From assembly GCA_964016885.1 (NCBI GenBank), contig OZ024742.1:223262001-223326000 (forward strand): 64,000 nt of DNA. The letters run 5' to 3'. Numbering within the stretch: position 1 is the stretch's first letter; every line of letters starts with the position of its first letter. The position numbers and the translations under genes were made by a program. The notes beneath the pieces were generated by a model. It was given only the letters and a program-made list of their open reading frames with translations. It made no database searches and was not told where the DNA came from. The DNA comes from Eledone cirrhosa. Taxonomy: Eukaryota. Below, piece after piece: positions 12,945-25,809 of the stretch.

Positions 12945-13493
12945 CGTCACACAATCTCTGGTATTTCATCAAATAGTACAAAGATCCAAGACTCACCTCC
13001 TTCATATTCAGAAGCCATGCGGCTGCAACATTCTTCATCGTTGGCTGGTCCACATGGAGCCACATTACCATTCACGTGGCGCCACTCTTCACTCCAGCTG
13101 CCTCCAACTCCACCCAGGGGCCCTCTCACTCACAAACGGAGTTTATCTGCCTGTGGCAACCTGCTTGATATTGACTCACCCAGTCTACCCCTTAGTCCAA
13201 CCCTGTCATTGTCATCATCCAATACAATCCCCAAAACATTTTATGGACATCCTAACAAAGCTATTTCGAGCCCTTCCGGAAGGGTCTATCGCAACTGGAA
13301 CCCACCAATGTTAGGGACCTTACCTGATGACTTTCTCCGCCTCAACCTCCCTATCCGACTCCAAAGAAGCAACACACCACCACCACCTCCACCACCACCA
13401 CTCTCACACAAACATTCATCCCCAACAGCAACACTTGAGGCTAATTTCAATTCAACTCCACAAAGAAAAAGTTATCGACCATCAAAGACTATG
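12945..13493 (+). CDS. CUEDC1: CUE domain-containing protein 1-like, internal exon
   Basis: ctacAG acceptor, ATG|GTaagt donor, phase 0/0. Encodes PPSY and RNWNPPMLGTLPDDFLR, matching the CUEDC1 motif WNPPLLGxLPDDFLR recalled from vertebrate orthologues. Confidence 0.9.
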
Positions 13494-13926
13494 GTAAGTA
13501 CTGAACGACTCTCTTTTTCTTTTTCTCTCTCTCTAGATATATGTTAATGTTGGATGTTAACCCTGTATGTTAACACTAAATGATAAAACTAGATGTTAAG
13601 CTTATATATATTTCATTAGTTTAACTTTTCTATAATTTTCAATATTCATTTATTAGCAATGATAATTATTTTGATACTAACTTGGTCAAAACCAGCTCTG
13701 GTTTTATAAAACCAAATCAACCATCTTAAAGGGTTCTTGTTTAAATTAAAATATTCCAATATAATTTTATATAAGAACCATATGTTAAATTACTATCTTA
13801 GTAATGAAATAAGTAAATCCCCCAAATTCTTCATCTATTGATTGAACCAGAATGCATTTCATTAGAAATATGTTGATAAAAAGATTTATATTTACTGTTT
13901 TGATATATTTCCTCTTATGTCTCCAG

Positions 13927-14131
13927 ATTATTTCAACCCATGAATTTAGCAAAAGTATGTTGGATCAGAAACTGAAAGAGAATGAACGGAGACGGCGTTC
14001 AACGAGCCAGGACATTGACCCTGAGCTGACCCAGTACCTGGCTGATGAACATCTAGCTATTGTGATACAGAACAGTGAATTCCTGCAAGAGTTGAGAGGA
14101 AATGAGGACTTTATGAAAACTCTTGAGAAAG
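13927..14131 (+). CDS. CUEDC1: CUEDC1-like internal exon
   Basis: ctccAG / G|GTagtg, phase 0/1. QYLADEHLAIVIQNSEFLQELRGNEDFMKTLEK resembles CUEDC1 QYLEDERIALFLQNEEFMKEL. Confidence 0.9.
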
Positions 14132-14835
14132 GTAGTGTAAGATATGTAGTCATTTGTCATAAAAATATGTTAATAAAGTTCCTGTTTTAGCGTATACTAT
14201 GCTTTAATGAGAAGAAATGAGTAGTGGCATCACTTTGACAAAGTAGCCTGTTGATAAATAACTAGTCAGAGCTGTCCCAGCCATGTACGAAGTCTGGAGG
14301 TCATTAAGAGGACTAGGTGTAGATGAATGACTGGTCAGAGCTGTCAAACTATGCTGGAGTTGATTAAGCCTGCAGCCCCTGGCTGAAAATTTCACCAGAG
14401 CCCTTGCATATTATTTATAGTAACAAAAATATTAATTTGAGGTACTTTGTCTGCAGCCCAGTCAGTTGCTCACCTTAAACTGTCCCTGAAGCCATGTACA
14501 GAGATACTATGAGTAAGGTGAGACTTCATGTTGGAATTAAGTGTTCATTATAGCTCAATTCCCAGTTTTCCCCTGTCTATTATAGTTCTCCAGGCCATGA
14601 GGAGTTTAAGACTGGCTGTTCATTAGAACTCCTCTATATCAATGATCTGGAATGTAAATATGACGTGTTGTGATAGATGTGTTTAACAAGTCATGTTCAT
14701 AATGTGATGTGATTAAATGTGATTGTAATGTCCATGTCATAATGTGTTTAATGTGTTTGATTCTGTAATGTTTGCCATTCGATGTGTTAATTGTGGAATA
14801 CCTATGTCATGTGATGTGTTTAATTCTAATTCTAG

Positions 14836-14907
14836 ATCGAATGAATGCAGCAGCTTTTGAACCGTCTGCTCTATGTCAACCATCACCAACTGGACCAAAA
14901 GAAAGTG
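14836..14907 (+). CDS. CUEDC1: CUEDC1-like internal exon (DRMNAAAFEPSALCQPSPTGPKES)
   Basis: ttctAG / G|GTaagt, phase 1/1; completes the conserved LEK-DR. Confidence 0.85.
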
Positions 14908-15489
14908 GTAAGTTTTGTCTATCTACAACAATGGCTTCTTAACCTTTTTCAGACCAAATCATCTGAAACCACCTCTCATTCTATAATTTAAAAAAAAATG
15001 TTTGTTTTAAAGTGTTTATCATCATCATATTTTTGATAGGGTTTTTCTGACTGGATGTCCTTTCTATCATCAACCACTTGACAATGAGGACTAGGTGTAT
15101 TTCGTCAACACTAGAGTGGTTATCTGACAGAACTGAAAAGTCCTCTCTACCCTGTATCAGTTTTAATTCAGAGTGATTGTTCTCATAGACAGGTTGCCTT
15201 CAATAAGATTTTCAGAGCAGTCTTATTTATTCAGAGTGACTCCTTTCTTAGATAGGTTACTTTTTCCATGGCTTACATTTGTCTAAATAATTTTCATCAC
15301 AATTTTATATAAAAAACTTAAAATTTTGCTTAATAATGAGAAAGTTAGTTATATTACTAAATTTATCCTATTTCTGCAGATAATGAGGGCTATAGTGATA
15401 TAAATAGTCATATATCTTCTATATTTCCACAGATATTGAGGGCTACAGTGATATAAATAGTCATATATCTTCTCTCTATATTTCCACAG

Positions 15490-15612
15490 ATATTGAGGGC
15501 TATGGTCATGATAACCAAGAGACACTGGAAGCTTTTCCATTTAGTCAACCCCTGCCTTCTTCTGTTGATGAAGATGCAGAATTACGAAGTCAGTTAAAGC
15601 ACATGGGACGTG
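15490..15612 (+). CDS. CUEDC1: CUEDC1-like internal exon (DIEGYG...DEDAELRSQLKHMGR)
   Basis: ccacAG / G|GTaagt, phase 1/1; EDAxxRxxLKHMG motif. An alternative in-frame acceptor is possible at 15432. Confidence 0.88.
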
Positions 15613-15955
15613 GTAAGTAGCAACTTCTCTCCACCTTCTCACCATTAACTCTTAACATCCTGTAAAGATTTATCAGAAAATATTTAAATGCTGGTCTGTT
15701 GATTCAAATATCAAATATTTACAATATCAACTATGGGACAGATTGTTGTAAAAATTTACAGTAAACTTAATTAAAGACTTAAATTTTTAATGTGATGCAG
15801 TCATTATACTGTTTTGAACTTTTCAAGAATGCCTTGCTAATGTGGTTTCATGCATTACGGGATGTTCAGGTTATTTTAATAAAAGATCTTTGTTAATTTT
15901 GACAATTGAATTTTGTCAACTTAACTTTTTTTGTTTTGTTTTTATTCATACTCAG

Positions 15956-16028
15956 CCTCCAGAAAGCAGTTTGTGACTCTAGCAAGAAAATTTTTCTCAA
16001 GACGAAAAAAGAAATCTTCTCGGGACAT
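15956..16028 (+). CDS. CUEDC1: CUEDC1-like internal exon (ASRKQFVTLARKFFSRRKKKSSRD)
   Basis: Long T tract + ctcAG, AT|GTatcc donor, phase 1/2; resembles CUEDC1 STRRKLFELARAFS plus a basic stretch. Confidence 0.85.
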
Positions 16029-16230
16029 GTATCCTTTCAAGTTGATCTGTTATGGTTTAATTATTACTCGAGTGAGCTTATTATTGCTTGATGTGAGCTA
16101 ATTATTGCTTGATGTGGGTTAATTATTGCTTGATGTGGGCTAATTACACCGTGTAACATATTTTTTGTTTCCCGGTTCTAAGTGTCATTTCATGGTTTGT
16201 TATATCCCATTATTATTAAAAAAACAAAAG

Positions 16231-16420
16231 GGGCGGTGGATTGGCAGTATCGGTAGAGGGTCGGACGCCATGCTTTCCAGCATAGTTACGTCCCTTTACG
16301 ATCTGAGTTCAAATCCCGCCGAGGTTGACTTTGCCTTTCATCCTTACGGGGTCGATAAAATAAAGTACCAGTAATGCACGGTAATTGCTGGCCTTGTGCC
16401 TAAAGTAGAAACAATTATTA
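16231..16420 (+). mobile_element. SINE family A nested in the Chapaev element
   Basis: Near-identical to the 6025 copy; taaaaaaaca on both sides. Confidence 0.9.
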
Positions 16421-16632
16421 TAAAAAAACACTATTAATCAGAAGTTTGGGTTTGTGGTCAGGAGTTTGATATTTCGAAATTTTCATATTTTTCAAAAAAA
16501 AAAAAACGCATTTAAAAAAAATTTATCAGTTCATATAATTAAATCAACAAAGTATATATTTATTTTATTACACAAGCTTATCAAAAGCAAACAAGTAAAA
16601 ACAAATAACACTTATAAAGAAACTTATACACA

Positions 16633-17700
16633 TCAGAAATGACTGGATTTCTTGGATTTGCGGTTGTAGTCCAGGTCGCATTCCCGCACTAGCCCCCAGA
16701 TATAGTCCCCCATCATTTTTTCATTGTAGTGGCCCTGGTACTTCCGCTCTATCTCTTTCACATCTTGGTGGAATCGTTCACCTTGTTCTTCTGAGTAGGC
16801 ACCCATATTGTCCTTGAATTTTTCCAGGTGAGCATCCAGCATATGGCGCCAAAAGCCTTTATCAGATCCTGCACCAGTTGCTGGTAGTTTTCAGCTCTGT
16901 AGTTGCCCAGGAAGCCCTTAACAACTGCCTTGAAACAGTTCCATGCTGTTCTCTCAATCCTATTGAGCTTATTGGAGAACTCGGTAGACTCAAACATCTT
17001 CTTTATCAGAGGTCCAACAAAAATTCCACCTTTGATTTTGGCCTCAGATAACTTGGGGAAGAACTCAAGAAGGTACTTAAAAGCGGGCGGCTGATTCTTG
17101 GTTGAGAGCCTTCACAAACTGCTTTATAAACTCCAACTTAATGTGCAGTGGCGGCTTGAGCACAATCCTGGGAACAACCAGTGGCTCCCACATGACGTTC
17201 CGGGTCCCAACTACAAATTCTGTTCGCTGCTCCCAGTTCTTTCTTTTGTAGTGGTCAGAGGTGGCTCTGCTGTCCCAAAGGCAGAGGAAGCATTGAAGTT
17301 TGATAAAGCCTCCTTGGAGTCCAAGCAGGAAAGCCACCATCTTGAAGTCTCCAATGATTTCCCAATTGTACTGGTTGTATTGCAGAGCTTCCAAGAGGAC
17401 TTTCACACTGTAGTAATCTTGCTTCAGGCAGACTGAATGAGCTAGGGGCAGTGTCGGGAACTTGTTTCCATTGTGGAGGAGGACAGCCTTCAAACTTGTG
17501 GTGGAGCTGTCTAAATAGCCGCCACTCCTTGGGCACAAACGGCACCCCAATAACGTCAAACAGTCCAGGCACGTCATGGCAGAAGCAGAGGCCATCCCTA
17601 AGAGTGTAAAAGCCTGAGAAAGGTTTGTGTCGACTTCTCTGACTTGTCACCTGCACTTCCTCCTTGACCAAGTTCCACTGTTTCATCCTGGAGACGAATG
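16633..17700 (-). pseudogene. Frameshifted, N-terminally truncated Chapaev-type transposase
   Basis: Motifs are split over four overlapping ORFs (17255-17686, 17077-17595, 16758-16997, 16633-16842). Confidence 0.85.
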
Positions 17701-18374
17701 CTTAAAACACAACTTACCCTTTATTCAGGGTGCGAAAATCCAGTATCAATAAATCTCTTTAATCCACTTTTTAACAATTTTATACTTTATTGCACTTTTA
17801 TAATTTTCTTTAGGTATTACTCTTTATTTTATAATTTTAATTTAACCTGAAACATATATAAAAAATCATTTAACATAAGCAAATTAAACTTACATACAAC
17901 GTAAAATCCAGCATACAAATAATTCTAGTGAATAGCTTAGAATTTTTACAAACCCAAACTTTTAACTGTTTAATAGCACTTTTTAAATTTATTTGGGACC
18001 TAAGCAACACAAAAAAAGTGATTACAAGCCAGGAACAGAGAAAAAAAAAATTTTTTGTTACACGGCGTTATTGCTTCTTCATCATCATCATCATCATTTA
18101 ACGTCTATCTTCCACGCTAGCATTGGTTAGACGCTTGACGTGGGATAATTATTGCTTGATGTGGGATAATTATTACCTGACGTGGGCTAATTATTGCTTG
18201 AGGTAGATTAATTATTCCTTGATGTGGGCTTAATACATATTAAATGGTGGTGAAAAGATATATTTCAAGCAACTAGAACAGATCTATTTGGCATGTAATA
18301 ACAATAAGATGTCAGGGGAAGTAACTCCATTTTTAACATAAGTCTTTCATATATATTATTGTGAGATTTTAATG

Positions 18375-18560
18375 GGAAAGTTTGAAGTTGGTGTGAGTTC
18401 ACAGTGCTGTGTGAAAGTTCATAAATTCACGGAATTGTATGGAAGTTCAGAGTTGTGTGAAAACTTTGAAATGTGTAGAAATCTATAAGTTGTGTGGAAG
18501 TTCATGGAATGGGTGGAAGTCCATGGAATGTGTAGAAGTTCATAATGTTATGTGGAAACT
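18375..18560. repeat. Degenerate ~20-bp minisatellite (gaagttcatggaattgtgtg)
   Basis: About 8-9 diverged units just upstream of the 18608 acceptor. Confidence 0.7.
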
Positions 18561-18607
18561 TTGGTGTTTGTTCTGGAATATGGTGTTTTCCTTAATGTAA
18601 ATTGCAG

Positions 18608-18719
18608 CCTTGGAGAAAAAATTGCTCCATCGATGACAAATCTTTTGGAAGATGAAGAACAACCAGAAGACGACCTCCCTGCTGCTTTTCTTGAAGATAG
18701 ACCAGTATTTGAGCCATTG
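18608..18719 (+). CDS. CUEDC1: CUEDC1-like internal exon (ILGEKIAPSMTNLLEDEE...PVFEPL)
   Basis: ttgcAG / TTG|GTcagt, phase 2/0, compatible with the preceding exon; SxxNLLxD motif. Confidence 0.82.
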
Positions 18720-19379
18720 GTCAGTATCCAGAGCTTTTATAACAATCATAGATTTTTTAAAATTTATATCTGAACATCCTTATGTTATCTATTCAATCTC
18801 TTTACCGACAACCAACATCTAGTTATCACTATTTCATTCTTTCCTTCATTACACCCTCTTTACTTTGCCATCCTATCAATTTGTTTTCCACATTTTCATA
18901 CATCTCTTTCCCTTTGTTATCAGACCCCCGTTTGCATTTTCAGTTGCATTTGCTTTGAAAGGAGACTACTAAGAGTAAAGAGGACCCTTCAGTGTTGCTG
19001 TGGGCACAGCAGCCTCACTAGTGCTGATAAAATGCATCCTATACAATGTGTAATGTGGTTGGTGATCAAATGAAGACAGCACACTCTAGAGGTTACTGTT
19101 TATTCATGTTGAGGACATGACAACCTGTCTAGTGTTGGTGCCAAAATAAAGTGTACCTAGTACATTCTGTAAAGCATTAAAAAGAACATCTAGCAGTAGA
19201 AAACATGCCCAAAACAGAATGTGGTCTCCTGACTTGTCTAGGAGGGCAGTTACTCTGAATAAGAATTCACTTGAACTATAACAGCTCATCTAATCCATGC
19301 CAACATGGAAAGTAGACATACTATGACTGTTTTTACAACTGTTTTCTATGCTATATTAGGAGAGTCCTTTCCAGTATAA

Positions 19380-20040
19380 CATTCCTCCAATTGTTTCTTT
19401 TGTCTCCTTTGTGAGGTGTAGTTTCTTGAATCTGCTTTCACTATCTTGGCCCACGTTTTTGATGTAGTTTCTTGAAGTCAGTTTTCTTCATTCCTATCTA
19501 CATCATTCCTCATCTTTGTCTTCCATGACTTCTTACCATTTAAATTTCTTGGAACTTCTATACCCAGTAATCATCATCTATATACATCACATGTCCATAC
19601 CAGCACAGTCCTCTCTCTTCTACACTACATCTGACCCCTCTAATACCCAGTTTTTTTCTCAACCAATCTTTGTTTTGTCCTACGTTCATAATAATATTAT
19701 ACATCCAATATATACATGCAGAGACATTACAGAAGTCTATCTTTATCATAGTTTCTTTCTATATATAATGCCTGGCACTTCATCCAATGATTATCATCCA
19801 TACATATTCCATGTCTATACCAACACGATTTTATCTACTGTACACTATATCTGATTCCTCTTATTCTTATATGTCTACACAAGCGCAATCTTCTCTCATG
19901 TATACTATATTTTATTCTTCTTATACACATCACAATCTTCTCTCTTGCATATTTCATCTGAATCTTCTTATGCACATCACATGTCCATACCAGCACAGTC
20001 TTCTCTCCTGCACACAACATCTGGTTATTTTTCTATACTT
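19380..20040 (-). mobile_element. Decayed, locally re-duplicated RTE LINE 3' fragments
   Basis: Several copies of cacatgtccataccagcacagtc, i.e. the L(R/C)WYGHV motif on the - strand. Confidence 0.6.
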
Positions 20041-20075
20041 TAACTAAAATGCTGTCTCATTTGTCTCTTTTCCAG

Positions 20076-20165
20076 CCAGACACACTGCCTATGAGCAGAA
20101 CAAACTCACGTTTCTCACAGGCAATGACAAACCATTCACTCAACAGACGTTCTGATATTGTCTGA
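20076..20165 (+). CDS. CUEDC1: CUEDC1-like terminal coding exon (PDTLPMSR...RRSDIV*)
   Basis: Strong pyrimidine tract tgtctcttttccAG, phase 0, 29 codons + TGA, then AT-rich UTR-like sequence with AATAAA near 20220. Confidence 0.7.
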   Translation, partial: PDTLPMSRTNSRFSQAMTNHSLNRRSDIV

Positions 20166-20909
20166 AAATGAATTCTTTGCAGAAAAGAAAAAAAAAATAC
20201 TCCAGAGCAGAAAGTATAAAATAAAAAACTGTTACTCCAACTCTGAAATATATATAAACCTCCCTCATATGATCTTGGTGAGGGAGGCAGCAATTGATAA
20301 AGAAGACAGAATAATAATAATGTTATTGATTCATTACGATTTCAATTGACATTAAACTGGGTGTAAATCACACATACACACACATACATATACATAAATA
20401 TCTGCTTTTCTGCCGACATATATTTTTAATATAAATGCGTGTTTATATATATATAAGTTTTAAGAGTACATATGTACATGAGTGAAAGTGAAATTGGTGT
20501 GCATTTAGGGCCACAATTTTACAAATCCCTTCCCCTGCAGTAAGACACAAACATATATATTGTGGATACTCGTAGATAAGATGTTGTTTTTTAATAAAAA
20601 GTAAAAAAAATGTAAAACCTCATGCGACTTATTTGTCAAACCTTGCTCTGGGCTTGAAATATACAACAAATGTTTTAAGGCCATTTCCCCTGCTAAAGGG
20701 GTTAGTCTTGCGGACTCCATGAAAGGCTTAATCATACACATCATAGAGTTCTTTTGAGGCAATGTTTTACAGCTGGATACCCTTCCTAACACTGACCCTT
20801 TTAGCCACCTCTTATGACACAGGGCAGACACATACAGTATAAGCAAATAATTAAGTCGCAATAATATAAACACAATGGGGAAAGGTGTATCTTATATATA
20901 TATATATAT

Positions 20910-20961
<52 letters not shown>

Positions 20962-20967
20962 TTATAT

Positions 20968-21830
20968 ATGTGGCCTAGTGATTAGGGTGTTGGACTCATG
21001 ATCATAAGGTTGCGGGTTTGATTTCTGGACTGGACAATGCGGTGTCAGGACACTTCATTTCACATTGCTGCAGTCCATTCACCTGAAAAAAGAATGGAGT
21101 TCCAGCAGAAGCTAGGGGGTTAACCCCTGCAACAAACTGGCATCTGGTCCAAGGAGGAGGAAGTCTTTTCATGATAGGACTGGGGCCCCTATCATTAAAA
21201 CAGCTGATAAACTGCTAATGAGATTGCATCTCATTGGAAGTCAGCCATGTGTGAGCTGTAATGACAATGACAACATATATGGTTGTAAATTTAGAAACTG
21301 CAAAACACCTAAATGCCATGTTACCAAGTCTTACTGGTACTATATACATTAGATGTCGTGTAATAAAACAGTATGAAGGCATATGGCTTAGTTGTTAGGA
21401 TGTTTGGCTCATGATTGTAAGGTCATGAGTTCAATTCCCAGCAGCACATTGTGTCTTTGAGTAAGACATTTACTTCACATTACTCCAGTCCATTCACATG
21501 ACAAAAAAGTTGTGCCTGTAATTCAAAGTGGCCAGTCTTGTCTCACACACGTGCATTGTGTCATGATCAATCTCTCTGAGAACTACTTTAAGGGTACATG
21601 TGTCTGTGGAATATTTAACCATTTGTACTACAATACAATACAGATTGTACCTGTAATTCAAAAGTTCAGCCTTGTCACTCACTATGTCATGCTGAATCTT
21701 CCTGAGAACTGTATTAAGGGGTGTCTGTGGAATGTTCAGCTACTTACATGTTCATTTCACAAGCATGTTCTGTTGATTGTATAACTGGAACACTTGTCAG
21801 ATGGGACAGTGGTCCAACACACGCATGAGT
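20968..21830 (+). mobile_element. Two older tRNA SINEs (~20968-21270 and ~21377-21830)
   Basis: A/B boxes plus the gacacttcatttcacattgct..agtccattca domain; the second has an internal duplication. Confidence 0.7.
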
Positions 21831-22039
21831 TGGAGGTAGCATTTACTACTACTACATGGCCTCAAATCCTTCCTCTTTTCTTCAGAACATCATCAATTTA
21901 GGAATAAAATTTGCTGATTAGGAGATATTATTATTATTATTATTATTATTATTTTCATACGTAAACAAAATAATCATTTATTGGTTCATATACAATCTTA
22001 ATTATAAAACATATATACATATATATATATGTATACACA

Positions 22040-22400
22040 CACACACACACATGCATATATACATTTTATTCATATACCCCTCCCCCATTATAAAGCAGGT
22101 ATATATACACATGCATATGCACTATTTTATTTGTTTATACACTCCCTGTTATAAAACAAGTATGCATACACACACATGCATATATACACACTTTTATTTG
22201 TTTATACACCTTCCCTCATTCTAAAGCAGGTATATATACACATATACACTCAATAATTGGCTTATACATTCTCCATTCTAAAAACAGGAAACACACACAC
22301 CGCACACACACTTTTGTATTGGTTTATACAGTCCCCATTCTAAAAACAGTTATATATATATATATATATATATACATACATACACACGTACATATACACT
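22040..22400. repeat. Degenerate ~60-65-bp repeat, ~5 copies
   Basis: ttttatttgtttatacac..cccattctaaagcaggtatatatacac recurs. Confidence 0.7.
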
Positions 22401-23039
22401 CTTTTTGTTTTTACAATTTTATTGTTTTTTAAACAGTTTCTACAGTAGGAATTATTATTATTTCCCTAAATCGTTAATGAAATACAATCTTATATACCTC
22501 TATAATTTCTTTTTAAAAAATTTGGGAAATATTGCTAAAAAAAAAAAAAGCCCAACACTTTGCAATCATGGATATATTTTCCATATCTGACTAACGAAAC
22601 ATTCAATAATAAATTGAAAAAGACAAAAAAATGTTTGAATCCATCAAGGAAAAAGATTTCTTTTCTAATTTTGAGTTTGCTTCAAACCACTGTGTTTCTC
22701 TCTCTATGTCTATCTTTGTCTCTTTCTCTCTGTCTCAACATCTTTTCAATCTTTCTCTTTCTGGTTATTTTATCTTTAATGTTGAATTTTCTAATTACAT
22801 TCATTTATTCCAGCAGAAATTTATTAAAAACAACTGCTACCATCACCATCATCACAACAATAATTACCATGTCCCATTTACCTTTTTGTTTAGTTTAAAA
22901 AATAACCAAATTTTCACATGTATATTGAAAATACAGTTGAAATATATATCTAACAAAACATGTCCATTTAAATTCATCAGCCAAGATAATATCAAAGTTG
23001 TTGCAAGGGAACTAGGATTTAAAATTGGCCCAAGTGATG

Positions 23040-23331
23040 CTGAAGGCCACAAGTGTGTTTTCACTGCTCAGCTAAGGTGACACTGACTAACAGACTGTTG
23101 AGGGTCAGAGGTGTGTTTTCATTGATCAGGTAAGGTGACACTAACAGATTACAGAGGGGTGTTTTTATTGCTCAGCTAAGGCCATACTGACAGTTGATGG
23201 TCAGAGGTATGTTTTTACATGCCATTGACTAACAGACTGAGAGCAGAGGTGTTTTTTCACTGCTCAGTTAAGGTAACAATGACTAACAGACTGCTGAGGG
23301 CCAGAGATGTTTTTACTGCTCAGCTAAGGTT
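23040..23331. repeat. ~55-bp minisatellite, 5-6 copies
   Basis: gtgttttcactgctcagctaaggtgacactgactaacagactgttgagggtcagag. Confidence 0.85.
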
Positions 23332-24599
23332 GGTTCCATTTTAGTTTCAATCTTTGTACAGCAGTTATGACTTCTTTTTTATGTGACATTTTTTCAGCTG
23401 TTTATTTTTTATCCTGCTCACTGGACCACTGATCATTGCCCAATTACCTGTATGGCCAGTCCACCTGTAACTCTCCTTTGTTATTGAAGTAGTCTGTAAG
23501 AGAACCTCATGAAGTGGTTCTTCTTAAAACCCAGCTTGTGGGGCATATACAGAGATAAATATAGCTGTTGTATTGTCCAGGGTGCACATTATGAGACAAG
23601 TCAGGTCAGGTGACCACATCTCACTCATATGGATCTATATTTCGGCTTGATGCCTTTCCTGATGTCAACCACATTACTGGGTGCTTTTTCCTCATGTCAC
23701 CAACAGGACCACCATACAGGGTGCACTGGGTGCTTTTTATTTTTTGTTACCACAACCACCTTACAAGGTGGACTATACATACATGTGTGTGTGTGTGTGT
23801 GTACACAAGATTTACACAGGATATATATATACAGATTGTGTGTGTGTACATTAGACTTACAAAGTCCTCTTATCTTTCCAATTAATAAGATAGCTTTAAT
23901 TATCAGTTTTTTCACCCTATTTTTGTATCTGTCTAGTTGGCCTAATGGATAAAGGTGTTTATAGATAATCACATGTGGATAGTGGTTTCAATCTCTGCCA
24001 GAGAATTATATTGGGACATAATTTTTTTCTTTTTTTTTTTAACTCACCTGTAGAGATAGAAAGTAAAACAGGAAAAAATTCTTTTCCTAGAACCCAATCC
24101 CAGACTTCACCTAGAATTGAACTTCCAACCAAGTCCTCTTACCTATCTGCAGGCATCTTTACCTACAACACTAACCAGAAAGTGACTGTAATTGTACAAA
24201 ATATGTTCTACTTCAAGCTAAAACTTTTAAAAAAATTATTCAACTAGCTTTAAATATTTTATTTGTCACATCAAGTTATATGAGTAAAGACATAAGGAGA
24301 TAGCAGCACAGCAGATAGGTGAGGGTTCAATCTCTGCCAATAATTTTACTGGGGGCTTTAATTAAATATTTTCATTTATTTTACTGAAGAGATTTAAGTA
24401 ATTAAATTAATTTTTAAATACATTTTACTAAGAGATTGAAAAAAAAATAATACATATATTCGTGTATAGGTCACAGCTCCATTTTATATGCATTCTTGAC
24501 TTATAACCCATCTATGAATCAGGTACTATGTGTGTACAAAGTTGATCTGGCTTGGGTGTTCTCCTGACTGGTAGGTGATTTGGTGGCTGGCCAGTTTCC

Positions 24600-25320
24600 T
24601 GAAGTTAGTATTGCAAATGGTTAAATCATTTGCGTCTCATCTCTTGAGCCATAGCCACTGTGTACATAAGTGTAGCCATCAATATGTCCATTAAAGTCAC
24701 CTGCTAGGATAAGGTTTCTTTCATCAGTAACTGAGGTTCTCCATAAAAGTGGCTCTTTTGTTCCTTTTTGTGGTGCATGGCTAGAGATAATTGTTTTCAT
24801 GATAATTCTATTGCTTACTCTAACCATTTAAATTCTTATCTACTCACTTCTCAGCTAGTAGAGTGCCTACTCCACCATCATTGGTGGATTGGCAGTATCG
24901 GTAGAGGGTCGGACGCCATGCTTTCCAGCATAGTTACGTCCCTTTACGATCTGAGTTCAAATCCCGCCGAGGTTGACTTTGCCTTTCATCCTCACGGGGT
25001 AATTGCTGGCCTTGTGCCTAAAGTAGAAACAATTATCTACCCAGAAGAGATTGTATTTATGGTGCTTGCTTGTTTGAAGTCTTGCAGCGGCGCCTCTCCA
25101 TCTCCCCCCTTGAACACACAATACATTCACTCCACAATTTCACCTGATTCACTTTTCAGTGTGCCCACATTGAGTATAGCAGCTCTAAGATGAGTTACCT
25201 GGTAATGATGATTTGGTCCTTTTGTAGTTCTTTGTACCTGGAAGGGAATAAGGTGTGCGATTGCTTGAAGATGGCCGAGGGGTTCTTGCACATGGCTAAG
25301 TTAGCCACCCCACTACCGTG
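24600..25320 (-). mobile_element. LINE AP-endonuclease fragment (RTE-like) interrupted by a SINE
   Basis: ILAGDFNGHI...VHSGYG and GGVG motifs on the - strand; SINE at 24881-25036. Confidence 0.65.
24881..25036 (+). mobile_element. SINE family A (internal deletion) nested in a LINE fragment
   Basis: First ~110 nt essentially identical to the 16231 copy; lacks the cgataaaataaagtaccagt block. Confidence 0.88.
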
Positions 25321-25809
25321 CACAGCACTAACATGACTTGTGTTAGTCCTGTATATGCAATTAGTGAGAGATTTATATATTGTACTTTGGATGGATGCCC
25401 TTCCTTAACTTTTATACAGCATGGACTGGGTGCATTATTCATGCCACTGTCACTAGAGAGATTGTCTTGCCCTGTATCAGTTTTTATTCAGAATGACTGC
25501 TCTCCTAGATGGGTTGCCTACATTTCAGTGTACGGAGCCTGTTTTCTCCTTGCAGTTTTATTTTATTCAGAGTCACTGCCTTCTTCATGGTTTGCGGAGC
25601 CCATGTTTGCTCCATGCTGATTTATTTTATTTAGTTTTGAGTCACAATATCAATATACCATATATGCATATACATACTCCTAAACAAGTTTTTTTGGAGG
25701 AATTAAAACTAGTAAAATGACTGTGCTACAAACCAATAAAACAAAACAAAGATTCTTTAAAAGAGATATTGAAAAAAAAAGAAAATAGCTTGTAATAAAT
25801 GGGAAGGGG

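Larger units (their letters stand above)
16147..18067 (-). mobile_element. Chapaev3-like (CMC superfamily) DNA transposon, internally deleted and non-functional
   Basis: Termini CACCGTGTAACA...TGTTACACGGCG with a 3-bp TTA target duplication. Transposase motifs DSSxxSLKAVLLHNGN, GDFKMV, CFLCLWDSR, PPLHIKL, SEEQGERFHQD, MMGDYIW. Confidence 0.85.
16060..18235. repeat. 21-bp minisatellite (gctaattattgcttgatgtgg) split by the transposon into 16060-16146 and 18068-18235
   Basis: Same unit on both flanks, and the register continues across the TTA duplication. Confidence 0.85.
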
